NCBI RefSeq assembly: GCF_018398935.1
Contig: NZ_CP074694.1
Coordinates: 4,530,001-4,562,000, forward strand
DNA from: Telmatocola sphagniphila
Lineage (GTDB): Bacteria; Planctomycetota; Planctomycetia; Gemmatales; Gemmataceae
DNA: 32,000 nucleotides
Direction: 5' to 3'
Shown here: positions 7,501 through 15,808 of the stretch, one piece after another
How positions within the stretch are numbered: position 1 is the first letter of the stretch
How the letters are laid out: every line of letters begins with the position of its first letter
Made by a program: the position numbers and the translations under genes
The notes under the pieces: generated by a model
The model's database searches: none
Told to the model about the DNA's origin: nothing
What the model saw: only the letters and a program-made list of their open reading frames with translations

Positions 7501-10103
7501 TAAGCAAAGGTCAGATAATTGGGATCAAACGGATTCAAATTTCGCCAGTTATAGACAGTCATCACATCATCCTGATCGATGTAATCGACGATGTTTACTG
7601 CCAACTGGGCTAAATAACGCAGAGAGTTCTGCACCTGGGCCGTATTATAATTGGGTATTGATTGATCTCTTAGTAGTACCTTGCCAGTACCATAGTTAGC
7701 GGTCGTAGGTGAAGGCGGATTCGTCCAGATACCAGTCGCCACAACCAGTCGCAGGAAAATGTCGCGGGCAAAGACTTGTCGCTCCTGCATGATCTGCGGA
7801 ATCAAAGTCTGAGCAATGCCATTCGTGCCCGATGGGAATGGCGTCAATTTTCGATTCAAATCCAGCGCACTGATAATATTCGAGTTGCCCGCACCCCAAA
7901 GCTTCGCCTGTACCGCCGACGCTTTGTTCAGAGCACTATAATCCCCGCTTACCGGGTTATAAAGAGTGGGGAAGGCAAACGGTGATAGTGCCCCATCTGG
8001 CGTTGTGATGTTCTGGTTAGCGATCTTGAATTGAGTGATCAAACCGCGAGCCAGCGGGTCCACATTATTTCCATAAGTCGTAAACATGTGGTCGGTGCGG
8101 CCACTAGCCCACTCGTAGCCGGTGATACCCGGAGTGATCAAATCATTGCTGGTCGGGGTGATTCGGAAACGAGAGGCTGCGGCGGTCGGCAAATTGTAGA
8201 GGGAGTTTGGAGCCAGATTGGCGAGATCCGAACGCAGGATGGCATCATTTTCCCCTTTGAGCTTGTAATTCAACCAGCGCACGTCAGAAAAATTGTGCCC
8301 ATGATTCAATGACCAATTTTGATCGGTCTGGAAGTTCTGCGGTGGCACGCGGAGAGTCAGATAGGGGTTGTGCAAACTCGGATGATAAATCAATTCTGTC
8401 GGGTTCACAAAGGTAGGTTGCACGGCGTTATCGGTAATGTTCCACGCTTGGAACTGCGTGGCAGGGAAAGTCGGCGCAGTCATCTTCGGGAGACCCACAA
8501 CATTAGCGGGGAGTGCGATTTTCTGCGCGGAAGGCACAGGTATTAGTGAGTTTCCACTTTTTTGCAAATCGAGCGCATCATAATCTGCATTGGAATAGAA
8601 GATTGCTTTCGGGAAATCGGAAGAGTAATTCCCAGCGAATGTACTCAAATCGAATCCATACGGTTTGCCGATAGCAACATTGCTCAGTTGACCTTGATAA
8701 ATCGGTGAGCCGCCTGGATCATTACCCACACTGTTAAACTGAGGGGTCTGTGCCATGCTCTGCACCATTCGCCCGGCCGTGTAGGCGGTCGGGGGTCGAG
8801 TGATGACATTAAAAGCATCGGCTCGGACGAGTGCGGAATTCGGATCTCCCAATGCTGTGTTGGGATCGATATCCCCCATCGCGATAGCCAGATTTTGCTC
8901 CCAAGGGCCCCACCCCTGATTCGAGCGCTGAAGGAAGTCAGGATTACCGTTTTTCGCACTGGCCTGAATCATACTGCCAGCGATATTCGAGTTGATACGG
9001 CCATCGAGATCGGTAATGAACATCGCGACCAACGGCTTGTAGTTCTTCCCTCTCCAACGGCGAACCGGCAGATCGATATCCATCCAGAGGCTGTCGTTAC
9101 CGGGCCCCCCTTCCAGGTTCTGGACATCGCCCGTATACGATCCATCCGCGTTCATGGGAACCGGAGGGAAATTTTTATGGTAATAGTTCGTGGGGCGCAG
9201 AATGCGATATTGACCGCGAGGACCAGCTATTGGGTCGCCGCTTGTTCCCCAGAGTGGGTTGGAGGGGTGCAGAACTGGAAGAGTGTTGTTAGTCGGAGCA
9301 AAGCCGGTATAAGTGATGCCGTTTGCCTGTGTTTCAAAGTGCCAGGGGCGGAAGAAAGAAGGCATCACGACCTGAGGCGTTCCACTCGCTGTAGAAATCG
9401 CGCCTAAATACAAGTGGTTGGTATCGACTGCAGTATAAGGGGCATTTTTTGGCACGTAGATCGCATTGGCCGCAGAGCGGAGTGAATACTGGGCTTGATT
9501 ACCATTTTGTCCATTGGTGATCCATTCCGGATCACGCTGTGGGAAATAACCGTTTGGATTTGTGCCAAGATAATCCGCCGGATATGGAGAATCTGAGTAG
9601 TTGATGTAGTTGTAAGCCCGATCGGAAGCCGTAGCACCTTGCTGGGAAGCATTGGCGTCCGTTATTGAACCAAAAGTCACACCTTCTGGATATCCCAGAC
9701 CGGCGAAGGGTTGGCCATTGATTGCATTGTAGTTGTACCCATACATATCCCGGGCGAGGCTCCAGCCGCGCAAAGCGTTGTAGCGGCCGACATCGTCTTC
9801 CACGTCGTAAATCAGATCGCCAAGCGTCTTATTGAAAATCTCATTCGGGATCGGCGGCGCATCATCGCTCGAACCCCGGTTGGTGATATTCAGACCCGGA
9901 GCCACTCCGGTATGTCCGCCAAACTGCGTTTCGCGGGCCTGCCGGGCCGAATTAGCGGCCGATTCCGCATAGAGCACGAAGGTAATGCCGACCACCGCGA
10001 ACAGCGCCAGCATGGTCACTACGACCAGCAGAATAATTCCGCGACGGCGGGTCGATAGTTTTTTCGTTTGCAGCAACATGGTGAGGGTCTCCCTCTGAAA
10101 CAT
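4551..10103 (-). CDS. Giant (1850 aa) GspK/PilX-like minor pseudopilin, putative filament-tip protein
   Basis: It is the last gene of the G-H-I-J-K series. The N-terminus RRRGIILLVVVTMLALFAVVGITFVLYAES is a GspK-style anchor (RG + hydrophobic helix, with no Phe+1 or Glu+5). GKVNINTIYDPTILKAV (KVNINT = 5751..5768) matches the GspK (I/V)N(I/V)NT motif. LTTRSNTFAVWCTVGYFEV...RHKFFSVVDRS resembles the GspK C-terminal strands. The rest is Asn/Thr/Pro/Tyr/Gln-rich with few charged residues. An alternative start is ATG 10079, preceded by GGGAGA with an 8-nt spacer. Confidence 0.75.
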   Translation of the reverse strand: MFQRETLTMLLQTKKLSTRRRGIILLVVVTMLALFAVVGITFVLYAESAANSARQARETQFGGHTGVAPGLNITNRGSSDDAPPIPNEIFNKTLGDLIYDVEDDVGRYNALRGWSLARDMYGYNYNAINGQPFAGLGYPEGVTFGSITDANASQQGATASDRAYNYINYSDSPYPADYLGTNPNGYFPQRDPEWITNGQNGNQAQYSLRSAANAIYVPKNAPYTAVDTNHLYLGAISTASGTPQVVMPSFFRPWHFETQANGITYTGFAPTNNTLPVLHPSNPLWGTSGDPIAGPRGQYRILRPTNYYHKNFPPVPMNADGSYTGDVQNLEGGPGNDSLWMDIDLPVRRWRGKNYKPLVAMFITDLDGRINSNIAGSMIQASAKNGNPDFLQRSNQGWGPWEQNLAIAMGDIDPNTALGDPNSALVRADAFNVITRPPTAYTAGRMVQSMAQTPQFNSVGNDPGGSPIYQGQLSNVAIGKPYGFDLSTFAGNYSSDFPKAIFYSNADYDALDLQKSGNSLIPVPSAQKIALPANVVGLPKMTAPTFPATQFQAWNITDNAVQPTFVNPTELIYHPSLHNPYLTLRVPPQNFQTDQNWSLNHGHNFSDVRWLNYKLKGENDAILRSDLANLAPNSLYNLPTAAASRFRITPTSNDLITPGITGYEWASGRTDHMFTTYGNNVDPLARGLITQFKIANQNITTPDGALSPFAFPTLYNPVSGDYSALNKASAVQAKLWGAGNSNIISALDLNRKLTPFPSGTNGIAQTLIPQIMQERQVFARDIFLRLVVATGIWTNPPSPTTANYGTGKVLLRDQSIPNYNTAQVQNSLRYLAQLAVNIVDYIDQDDVMTVYNWRNLNPFDPNYLTFAYDANPGAPPSLATDAVSGTEIIFGVENPRLVINEVYSHIRNDPSDPFLANPQAPNDTTQWKATLPQPYIYQHWIELKCPVTAPVSQNGQPNLQSIFKADFTYYRILKIQATSDLALDGYVSLLENYDHRVFDATFFNLQTGALNNGFASTVKIIPFKQIFKALSQANPVVANAEPLDQTSDQQNYIVIGPPDAQTDTTTGKYATAAGVQANTLIPNMSNDPTMGAGKANVQVKSSVLGGTTPYPPNMDQTATTADTQALTTNGANNRYIFVLQRMAMAPQYNFDPTNPTKDPAPNGVNPILNSWVTVDYFVQAGNSIFDNRVVGAGKGNFTRIPNTAIAQQFSIGRRQPLDGYQPSSQLLNLVADADAPAKDATNSRTPTISAATTVAAPTAIASVVQQTPQPAAKPAGVSPTITQPPAITNILSTFGQVNYPPPQRYLSPSLTLKNGNQNLSANYDWYTHLDRPLISPAELLTVCAYSNHRVTNQFHWSNNTYQPSRVNSKSTAAGTAAAMRSQRMMHLAPWTDMEPAFNDPTGTVQPDPNDTNFFVADQVRLFRALALLETKTRVRGIPYGGRTPGKVNINTIYDPTILKAVVSGSDANTFTYIDANGVNSDVTNAWTAIQKYRWPGESSTNIQPGNFSRNDRAFMPPGLPIYTAHTNATNFYYRNNSGIQNTFLWGNPLQVNTNAPNPVGNQPLFITDQFHPYMNHEMLIKAMNNLTTRSNTFAVWCTVGYFEVENDGPYTPSNRPRLGKELGSKDGTVVRHKFFSVVDRSNLATYSAVAGSQPQASAPVLFDFQPDPSPNQDPYTPTSVNGTSYFQYTCSIPGFVYPSTISGNTDLMPLVDAFSGNHYVIKSLSGEYDGRPWKIQSQTSTTQGTSILIGAGTPNEEFITIGYNGATNVVQGFMSGLGATNNASSTPQPAPYRLTIRTKNKHYPGESIAVFPVIGAVEPSFYANPGPQTKYFNYQASPYTDVIRYATQIR

Positions 10104-10158
10104 TCGCCGGGTTCGGCGATTTAAAGTACTAACACGCGGGGTTCGAAAACCTCTCCGC

Positions 10159-11832
10159 TTAGACGTCTTGAATAATCGTCACTTGCCGGGCCAGCCCGGC
10201 CTTGGCATCCCACACCCGCAGCTTGATCTGCAAGGCGCGAATGCGAATTCGCATGGGCGGCCGATCTTCCCAGGGAACCAGGCAACCCGTCGGCACGTTG
10301 TTGGCAGGGTTCGTCTGAAGATCCGTATAAGGATTGCCTGGAACATACGGGGTCGGACTAGGCGGCTCGATGCTGTCGTTATCCCAGTTCACATATTTAA
10401 GATTTGGGAACTGGGATGCATTGCCATACCGCGTCCAGGTATCGAAGGTGTAAGCGAACTGCATACCTTCAGGACGATAACGATTCGATGGAAAATTTAT
10501 GTCCAATGGATTGGGAGGAATCGAAGGTGGATAATTGAAGGATGACGGGTTGGGATTAGTATTAAGTCCTGCATTAGTAACTTGTGTATAAGGAGGCGGA
10601 TAAGGAAGCGATACCGCAATTGCAGGATAAGGCGGAGTGGGTGGAGGCGCAAAAGAAGAATTTAGATTTCCTGGATGGTAACCGTAGTTGAAACCGTTGT
10701 TGTTCCGGCGTGGCAAATAAGTGTAGCGCGGTAGTTCTAAAAACGGCCAGTTTATAGTCGCGTCCGCTGGATCGCTAATCCCGCCGTTCGAGCGATTAAA
10801 TTGATTTGATCCAACAGGGCCTGTTAGAGGATCTGTGCCGTCTTGCAAAATTGTATGCAGAGGCGTAACTGCGCCGTTTAATGGATTCACTACCGAAGGA
10901 ATATCGTATATAGCACGAATTTCGAACGAAAGGACCTCTTGCAACAAAGGTTGTGCTAGTGGCTGGTTTGTATTGGGATCTAAAAGATTTGGGATCTGTC
11001 TAACTAGATTCGGCTGCGTGGCACCCGAATAATTGCGAGATCCGGCAGGTGTAGTCACCACCGAGTAGAGCGGCATAGTCACATCAGCTGGCGAATTATA
11101 ATAACCAGTAACTCCACCATTGGCTAATAACGTCTGGCTGATTTCCGGGGCCGAGTAAGCGGACGAGGTCGAAGAATCAATGACCTGTCCCGACACCGGG
11201 CTCGGGGCCAAAGTGCTGACACGGCGGTAGAGCGTATAAAGCTGCTCCTGACCGTAGGCGCCCTGAATTGTCTGGTTGGGATTGGGGTAAAGAAAATAGC
11301 TCACTTCCCCCCATTTGCTGGCGAACAGACTCGAGGTGCCCAACTCATAAGAACTAAGACTGGTGAGGTTCGAGCCCGGAAGACCGGGCATATTCGCCTG
11401 AAAGGCATCTGCGACCGTGGTGCCGCTGCGCTTGACGGTCATGGCCATCTGATGATTGACGGCGCGGGTAACCGGGACATTATCGCTATCGAGACCTTCG
11501 CGGATGACACGCGGGGCGTAGATGCGGAAGTAGCCCATTTCTGGCGGGGCCCAGCCGATTTTATCAAGTCGTTGGTCGGACAGATAAGGCCCCGACAATC
11601 CCGGCTGAAAACTGCCATCGAAGTGCTGCGAAGCGACATCCCGGCGGATCACGGCCGAGGCGATTCGCAATTTTTCGGCCATCTGACCGGTGGAGCGGAG
11701 GATGCGGAAGGCGTCGATACCCGATTGGAAAGCGCCGGTGAGGATGAGCATGATGAACATGCACAAAGCCACCGAGACCAGCATTTCCACCAGGGTGAAA
11801 CCCCGTCGACCACGTTTAAGGTACTGCTTCAT
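10159..11832 (-). CDS. GspJ/PilW-like minor pseudopilin, expanded (557 aa)
   Basis: The prepilin signal is MKQYLKRGRRG|FTLVEMLVSVALCMFIMLIL with Glu at +5. It is followed by the PilW/GspJ-like stretch AFRILRSTGQMAEKLRIASAVIRRDV. The C-terminus IRIRALQIKLRVWD...RQVTIIQDV is typical of GspJ ends. A Pro/Tyr/Asn-rich insert lies between them. Confidence 0.75.
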   Translation of the reverse strand: MKQYLKRGRRGFTLVEMLVSVALCMFIMLILTGAFQSGIDAFRILRSTGQMAEKLRIASAVIRRDVASQHFDGSFQPGLSGPYLSDQRLDKIGWAPPEMGYFRIYAPRVIREGLDSDNVPVTRAVNHQMAMTVKRSGTTVADAFQANMPGLPGSNLTSLSSYELGTSSLFASKWGEVSYFLYPNPNQTIQGAYGQEQLYTLYRRVSTLAPSPVSGQVIDSSTSSAYSAPEISQTLLANGGVTGYYNSPADVTMPLYSVVTTPAGSRNYSGATQPNLVRQIPNLLDPNTNQPLAQPLLQEVLSFEIRAIYDIPSVVNPLNGAVTPLHTILQDGTDPLTGPVGSNQFNRSNGGISDPADATINWPFLELPRYTYLPRRNNNGFNYGYHPGNLNSSFAPPPTPPYPAIAVSLPYPPPYTQVTNAGLNTNPNPSSFNYPPSIPPNPLDINFPSNRYRPEGMQFAYTFDTWTRYGNASQFPNLKYVNWDNDSIEPPSPTPYVPGNPYTDLQTNPANNVPTGCLVPWEDRPPMRIRIRALQIKLRVWDAKAGLARQVTIIQDV

Positions 11833-12043
11833 AAGTTAGGTTCCGGGAGGCCTTGATTGCGAGTCATGCCTCGAAACTATCCTACCCCGTCCCGGTGGGG
11901 AACAAATGTCCGGGTGGGAGGAGATTGGGACTTAGACGCCGCGTCCGAGGGTCCAGTATCCAGGCCGTCGCGAAATTCCGCAACCCGATACCGTCGCCTC
12001 GGACGAAAAAATATCTGCAAAAACCAAATAACCGATGCAATCC

Positions 12044-13300
12044 TCAAGGAGCGGGAGTGCCGAACGCCGAGATGGTTCCCCGGTCGAATACTTCGGTCAC
12101 GTTGTCCATCACGATAAGAACCTGCCAGGTGCGGCCATTGGTAAACCGGGCGTAATTATTCGTGCCCGGAATCTGGCCTGGCTGAGGCAAAGGTTTTAAT
12201 GGAGTTTGAATTTCGATATCCATCGTGCCGCCTGTGGCCGTGGTCGCTTCCTGAACGGAAACCACCCGGTAGAAATCGGCGAACTGCCGCAGATATTGAT
12301 CGACTGTCGGACCATTCAGAGCACCGCTATGCTCGGTCACGGCGTATTGCGAAGCGTTCATGATCCAAGTGCCGCGCTTGATGGGAGGCCGGGCACCGCT
12401 GTAATTCAAAGTCACAATGTTCGAGTTCGAAGTGTAGGCAAGCCCGGCGGTGTTGGGCAGAAGATTTCCATTCGCAGAGACCCCATAGATATATTCCTGA
12501 TTGGCCACATCAGTGGCCGGTCGACGGCGGAAGACCACAACGTTGAGATTCACTTCATACCGGATATTATTTTTGAGGCGTTGAATCATCCAGCCGTAGT
12601 TGTAGTCCCCTTCCCGCTTCACAGGGAAGTAACCTGGTTGTCCTGCGCTATAATTCGGATTACCGGCTCGGCCGACATCGTTGAACGTAAAATCGTCTAG
12701 CAGGCTGCAGAAGTTGAGTCGAGTGAAGGGCTGCTGTGAGATCGCTTGAGGTGTGCCATTGGAAGCCGGGAATAAAACATCCCGTCGAGCAATATAGCGG
12801 GAAGCGTTGGCACCGCCTCCGGTTAATCCGGCCACCCAAAAGTTCGAATTGATTGTCTGTTGTAGTGCCACGCCAATTGGGTCGAGAAACACCGGCATGC
12901 TGGGAACCGTCAGTGTCGTGGGGTCCACGGTGTTAGGAGCAGGAAGTACTGCTCCCTGCCCGGCGGGGGTAGCGGTTGCGTTCGATACGATATACCCGGG
13001 AGTAACGCCGGAATTGCGATTATCAAGTGCAGCGATTCCCGGCTGAAGAGTGAAGACTGCGGATTCCGGATTCAATCCCCCATTGCCATTCAACCAGGCG
13101 TACTTCCAGAACAGGCGAAACTGTCGATCGGCATTAGCGGCGGCCGTGGCGGTGCGATCGTCCTTCATGGCCTGGGCCATCTGGAGCGCGCCGATAGGGA
13201 ACAGCGCCATCAGAGCCATCAGGCCGATGGCCAAAATGAATATCGCCACCAGAACCTCGGTGAGGCTGAGAGCGGATCGGCGATGACTTCGCAGTTTCAT
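12044..13300 (-). CDS. GspI/PilV-like minor pseudopilin, expanded (418 aa)
   Basis: MKLRSHRRSA|LSLTEVLVAIFILAIGLMALMALFP has Glu at +5 and the PilV-like IGLxAL motif. Residue -1 is Ala rather than Gly. Confidence 0.7.
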   Translation of the reverse strand: MKLRSHRRSALSLTEVLVAIFILAIGLMALMALFPIGALQMAQAMKDDRTATAAANADRQFRLFWKYAWLNGNGGLNPESAVFTLQPGIAALDNRNSGVTPGYIVSNATATPAGQGAVLPAPNTVDPTTLTVPSMPVFLDPIGVALQQTINSNFWVAGLTGGGANASRYIARRDVLFPASNGTPQAISQQPFTRLNFCSLLDDFTFNDVGRAGNPNYSAGQPGYFPVKREGDYNYGWMIQRLKNNIRYEVNLNVVVFRRRPATDVANQEYIYGVSANGNLLPNTAGLAYTSNSNIVTLNYSGARPPIKRGTWIMNASQYAVTEHSGALNGPTVDQYLRQFADFYRVVSVQEATTATGGTMDIEIQTPLKPLPQPGQIPGTNNYARFTNGRTWQVLIVMDNVTEVFDRGTISAFGTPAP

Positions 13301-13343
13301 GATCGAACTCGTATTAATTACCGTTCTTCATCGCGGTATAAAA

Positions 13344-14519
13344 TTACATCCCAGAATCGCCACTTCCATCTAATAGGAAGTAATAAGGATTCCAAACTGG
13401 AGAACTTCCTGGTGTCACGTTAACCGGATGGGCTCCGACACTTCCCGTCCGGGAAGCAATTGAAATCAATGTCGGCGAACCGGCCCCTTTTTGAGTGTTG
13501 CCATTAAAGGAGTAACCATTATTTGAAGTCCAAGTCCAGCGAACATCATCAATGGAACGAACCCACAGTACAACACGGGGAGCCCCGTTATAAAGCACTT
13601 CACCCGAAGCGCCGAAGAGAATGTCGGTGTAATTTGTGCCGGTGAGGCCGCCGTAGTTGAACGGTTCGCTCAAGGCCAGATCGATGCAGATCCCTTTGGG
13701 AAGTAGGAGGGGTTGTTCGCCGATGACTGGTTTGGGTTGTCGAAGGATGCGGCACTCGCCATTGCTGAAATAGATCTTTCCATTTACGCCCGCCTGCGGA
13801 TTATAGGGCGGATTGGGTTGATTAGTAACTGGACTGATATTGAGTTGCCCGGGTGGAATAGAGAAGCCTCCCCCCGTAGGTTGACCCGGAGCGAGGATCA
13901 GGTCAATAGCGTTATTATTAGGCGCGGGGCCCGAACCCATCTGCTGTGCCCTAGCTACACCTAGAATTTTGAATCTATAAGTGGTGCCATAGTTTACTTC
14001 CAGTGTGTCGCCAGCACCGAAGGGTTGCGGTGTAGTCGCAGTTGGGTTGATGAAACTCCGCCGATCCTGCAGCGGCAGAGGAACACCCGCTTGAGACGGG
14101 GTGGGATCCCCGATGGTCGCGATGTAACTTCCCTGAGGAATACCTGCGGGATAGACATCCGGATGATAAATCACGACGGTGCAAGGAGAGCCCGCGGGTA
14201 CGGTAGGAGTCGCAACCGCAGTTCGCGGCAGGTAAACTTCCGGCTGTTCGAGATATTGAAGTTCGGTAACCAGCGTGGGATTCGTCGGGTCGTTGATCAT
14301 AAGGCGCACGCCGCGCACCGATTGGTCGCGCACGGCCCGATTCTTGGCGCCGAAGATCCAGCCTTGAACCTGATCGGCCGCACGAGCGGCGGCGCGATTA
14401 TCGCTACTGGGCACCACCAGGATGGCGAGCGTGGCCAACAGCACCATGATTCCGAGGACCACGAGCAGTTCGACCAGAGTGAAACCGCGCTGGCCCTGTT
14501 TGTTGAAACCGGTTCGCAT
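13344..14519 (-). CDS. GspH/FimU-like minor pseudopilin, expanded (391 aa)
   Basis: MRTGFNKQGQRG|FTLVELLVVLGIMVLLATLAILV is followed by the GspH-like stretch AAARAADQVQGWIFGAKNRAVRDQ. The start lies 3 nt after the upstream stop, with GGGGAGA inside the upstream gene's 3' end. Confidence 0.75.
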   Translation of the reverse strand: MRTGFNKQGQRGFTLVELLVVLGIMVLLATLAILVVPSSDNRAAARAADQVQGWIFGAKNRAVRDQSVRGVRLMINDPTNPTLVTELQYLEQPEVYLPRTAVATPTVPAGSPCTVVIYHPDVYPAGIPQGSYIATIGDPTPSQAGVPLPLQDRRSFINPTATTPQPFGAGDTLEVNYGTTYRFKILGVARAQQMGSGPAPNNNAIDLILAPGQPTGGGFSIPPGQLNISPVTNQPNPPYNPQAGVNGKIYFSNGECRILRQPKPVIGEQPLLLPKGICIDLALSEPFNYGGLTGTNYTDILFGASGEVLYNGAPRVVLWVRSIDDVRWTWTSNNGYSFNGNTQKGAGSPTLISIASRTGSVGAHPVNVTPGSSPVWNPYYFLLDGSGDSGM

Positions 14520-14522
14520 CGA

Positions 14523-15722
14523 TTAATCTCCCCGTTGGCCGGTCCGACGGAGCCGGTAGCTGATGATGTCGTCGTTGGCGATGCTGCGCGATAGCGATTT
14601 TGGCGTTGGTTTTGTTTCTTTACACTCATTAATATCATCGGTGTGGTACAGCTTATCCGGACCGGCCGAGAAAATAATCGGACCCATGTTCAGGTTCGGG
14701 AATCTATATTGCATAAAGTAACTATTCTGATTAGCGTTAGAATTAGGATTGCCTGATGATGTATAAAAATCTGGCTGTAACGCTTTAAAGATTGTCCCCG
14801 AAATATTACCTGTCCAGTTCTCACGCAGTTTACCTTCCGGATCGAGCGGATCGAGAGTTGTTGCTCCGTTTCGCACGAAAGGGGGTGAACTAAGTTCGCC
14901 AATGTAGCTATTCGCTGTGAAAGGCAATATCGGATTATTTCGGTTAGGAGGTTGCTGTGGTATCGCTTGATTCCCACCATGTACACCATAAGTACCATAC
15001 CGACGGAAGCCGATTGGCATCCCCCAAGAATCGATAAAAACAGTATAAGATTTGCCTCCGCGAGATATCACTCCCGTCGAGTTGGCGCCGAAAGTATCAA
15101 CTGAAGATTCCATACCTCCGCGAGAAGTTGAAAGAATCTGGTATAGCAGTACAGCAGATTCCAGATTAAATACACTATTTGTGGTAATCAATGTATCATC
15201 TTGCAAATGGGTTGCACCGATGAGTGCATCCCGATAAGTCTGTTTAGAAAATAATAAAACTTGTGGTAAAGTACCGGTAGCTGGGAGATTAACTGCAGCA
15301 ACCGTCGCTGGATTAGGAACTGCCGAATAAGTGGTTCCTACACCGCCTACATAAACGTCACTGAACGCGTGAGGAAATTCTTGGAATAGCCGCAGGCGAA
15401 CCCAGAGAGCTCGGCCTCGAGCGGAATCAAAACCCGACCACTGATTGATCGCGTCTTCCCAGTTATAACCTGGGGTGTAGGGGTTGTTCGGATCGACCAT
15501 CTGTTCGCGTTTGGCCGTTTCGATTACCGACTTCCACTGCTGATCGAAAGCGGTGCCAATTTTTTCGAGAAGCGTTTCCGTGGCGATGCGCTGCTGCGAG
15601 CTCTGCACCCGGAATACGGCCCCAACCACCAATCCCATCAGAAGCGTGATGATGCCGATCACCGTGAGCAGTTCGATCAGGGTGAAGGCCGCTCGGCTTC
15701 TGTGCGGATGATTCAGACGCAT
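14523..15722 (-). CDS. GspG-like (pseudo)pilin paralogue 2, expanded (400 aa)
   Basis: The start is reassigned to ATG 15722, preceded by GAGGA with a 7-nt spacer. The signal is MRLNHPHRSRAA|FTLIELLTVIGIITLLMGLVV with Ala at -1. The C-terminus IIFSAGPDKLYHTDD...NDDIISY resembles the GspG SxGxDG...DIxxW tail. The listed 461-aa form would overlap the upstream gene by 100 nt. Confidence 0.7.
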   Translation of the reverse strand: MRLNHPHRSRAAFTLIELLTVIGIITLLMGLVVGAVFRVQSSQQRIATETLLEKIGTAFDQQWKSVIETAKREQMVDPNNPYTPGYNWEDAINQWSGFDSARGRALWVRLRLFQEFPHAFSDVYVGGVGTTYSAVPNPATVAAVNLPATGTLPQVLLFSKQTYRDALIGATHLQDDTLITTNSVFNLESAVLLYQILSTSRGGMESSVDTFGANSTGVISRGGKSYTVFIDSWGMPIGFRRYGTYGVHGGNQAIPQQPPNRNNPILPFTANSYIGELSSPPFVRNGATTLDPLDPEGKLRENWTGNISGTIFKALQPDFYTSSGNPNSNANQNSYFMQYRFPNLNMGPIIFSAGPDKLYHTDDINECKETKPTPKSLSRSIANDDIISYRLRRTGQRGD

Positions 15723-15808
15723 GGGAAAGTCCTCGCGAAAATCGCCGGTCCGCACAAGCGAACCGGCAGCCAATCCATTTGGCGGAATTCCGCCAGAGTC
15801 GCCCGGGA

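Noticed and set aside
11853-12155. Plus-strand ORFs (100 aa and 86 aa) in and around the 211-nt gap between the GspI-like and GspJ-like genes
   Set aside because: They are Arg/Pro-rich, overlap the 3' end of the GspI-like gene in antisense, and have no motifs. The gap is more likely an internal UTR or promoter of the operon.
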